DNA of 64,000 nt from Mizuhopecten yessoensis (lineage: Eukaryota), in NCBI RefSeq assembly GCF_002113885.1, contig NW_018406089.1, positions 586,447 to 650,446 on the forward strand, read 5' to 3'. The notes beneath the pieces are model-generated. The model was not told the origin of the DNA, did no database searches, and saw only the letters and a program-made list of their open reading frames with translations. The position numbers were made by a program, and so were the translations under genes. Positions 63,119-64,000 of this stretch are shown in pieces; within the stretch, counting starts at the first letter, position 1; each line of letters begins with the position of its first letter.

Positions 63119-64000
63119 TTTAATGTGAAATGAAGGTGTACATGTGTATAGATGATAGGTTTGCAGCACTGGAAAAAGGATTCTCTTTCAAAAGGACAAC
63201 TAATTTAATCTTTTCCTCATTTAATAAAAAAAAATTGTAATGTAGACCTAGCTATATAGAATATAGATAAAAAAAACTACTTAATTGCCAGGATGTGTCT
63301 ATTGTGCCAGTACTTAAAGTCTAAGCACAAAATTTATGTGATATACATTAATGATTGCATGTGAATTAAAAGTTATTTACAATGTTGCCAACAACTGTTG
63401 TGTAAAAAATGCTTGTAACATATGAGGGGAGAAATTCACACTCATATATAGTATGTGTAAACGATATATTTACTATTCAAGCAGTATTTGTAAATACAGA
63501 ACCCTTGAGCATTGTGTCAGTAGCACAGGTTTACTTTGACATTCCTGGCACATGCTGTTCTGGTACATTTGTATGCCAGGAATGTGAGGGATGTGGAATC
63601 TCTCGACAGCTTGCTATTGATTTTTGGGTATAGTGATACCAGTTATACTACAGATGGGCCCTGCCTTTGACAATTCTGCTTCATTGTACTATAGGGAAAC
63701 ATTGGAATAGTTGCATGGCCTGTAATATAAGTGTGACATCACATAAAAAAATTGAATGATATCATATTCAATAATAATATCTTGGTATATTGGTACCAGA
63801 GTGAATCACTTCCTCCTACTGTATCTTCTTCAAATTACTATTAAAACCTGTTCAGTTAACAATGACACAAGTGATATTTACCTGTAGCTAGGGTACATTT
63901 GTCAAGATATTTATCATTTAAATACTAGTTGGCACACCAATAGAAATTTATAAGAAAAATACAAAATAAAAATAGGGAAATAAAAAAAGTTTGTAAGGCA

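Noticed and set aside
61047-64000. LIM-domain exons of the Ajuba-family gene
   Set aside because: No CxxC...HxxC exon was recognised; the region appears to be intron 1.

Overview
AT-rich, intron-containing animal DNA, most likely a bivalve mollusc (inferred from the repeat landscape, not proven). From left to right: (1) an intact purine nucleoside phosphorylase gene (PNP, + strand, five coding exons at 1457-9784; the tiny first exon was not located); (2) a tandem, multiply disabled PNP paralogue (18260-28143) whose introns hold satellites and transposon relics; (3) a three-exon, minus-strand CIMIP1/C20orf85-like ciliary microtubule inner protein gene (46936-35785, 132 aa) with an RFX X-box upstream; (4) a head-to-head inverted pair of intronless, HSE-driven HSP70 genes (48907-50850 on -, 53205-55145 on +) inside a ~7.2 kb quasi-palindrome, both lacking the canonical C-terminal EEVD (one ends EEVY, the other EEV-stop); (5) the large first coding exon of an Ajuba/WTIP/LIMD1-family LIM protein (59525-61046). 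Between these lie six minisatellite arrays, two decayed LINEs, a Tc1 transposase relic, SINE pieces, Helentron-like elements and several fold-back elements. No CRISPR array, rRNA or intact tRNA was found. All homology calls are from recognition of motifs, not from database searches.
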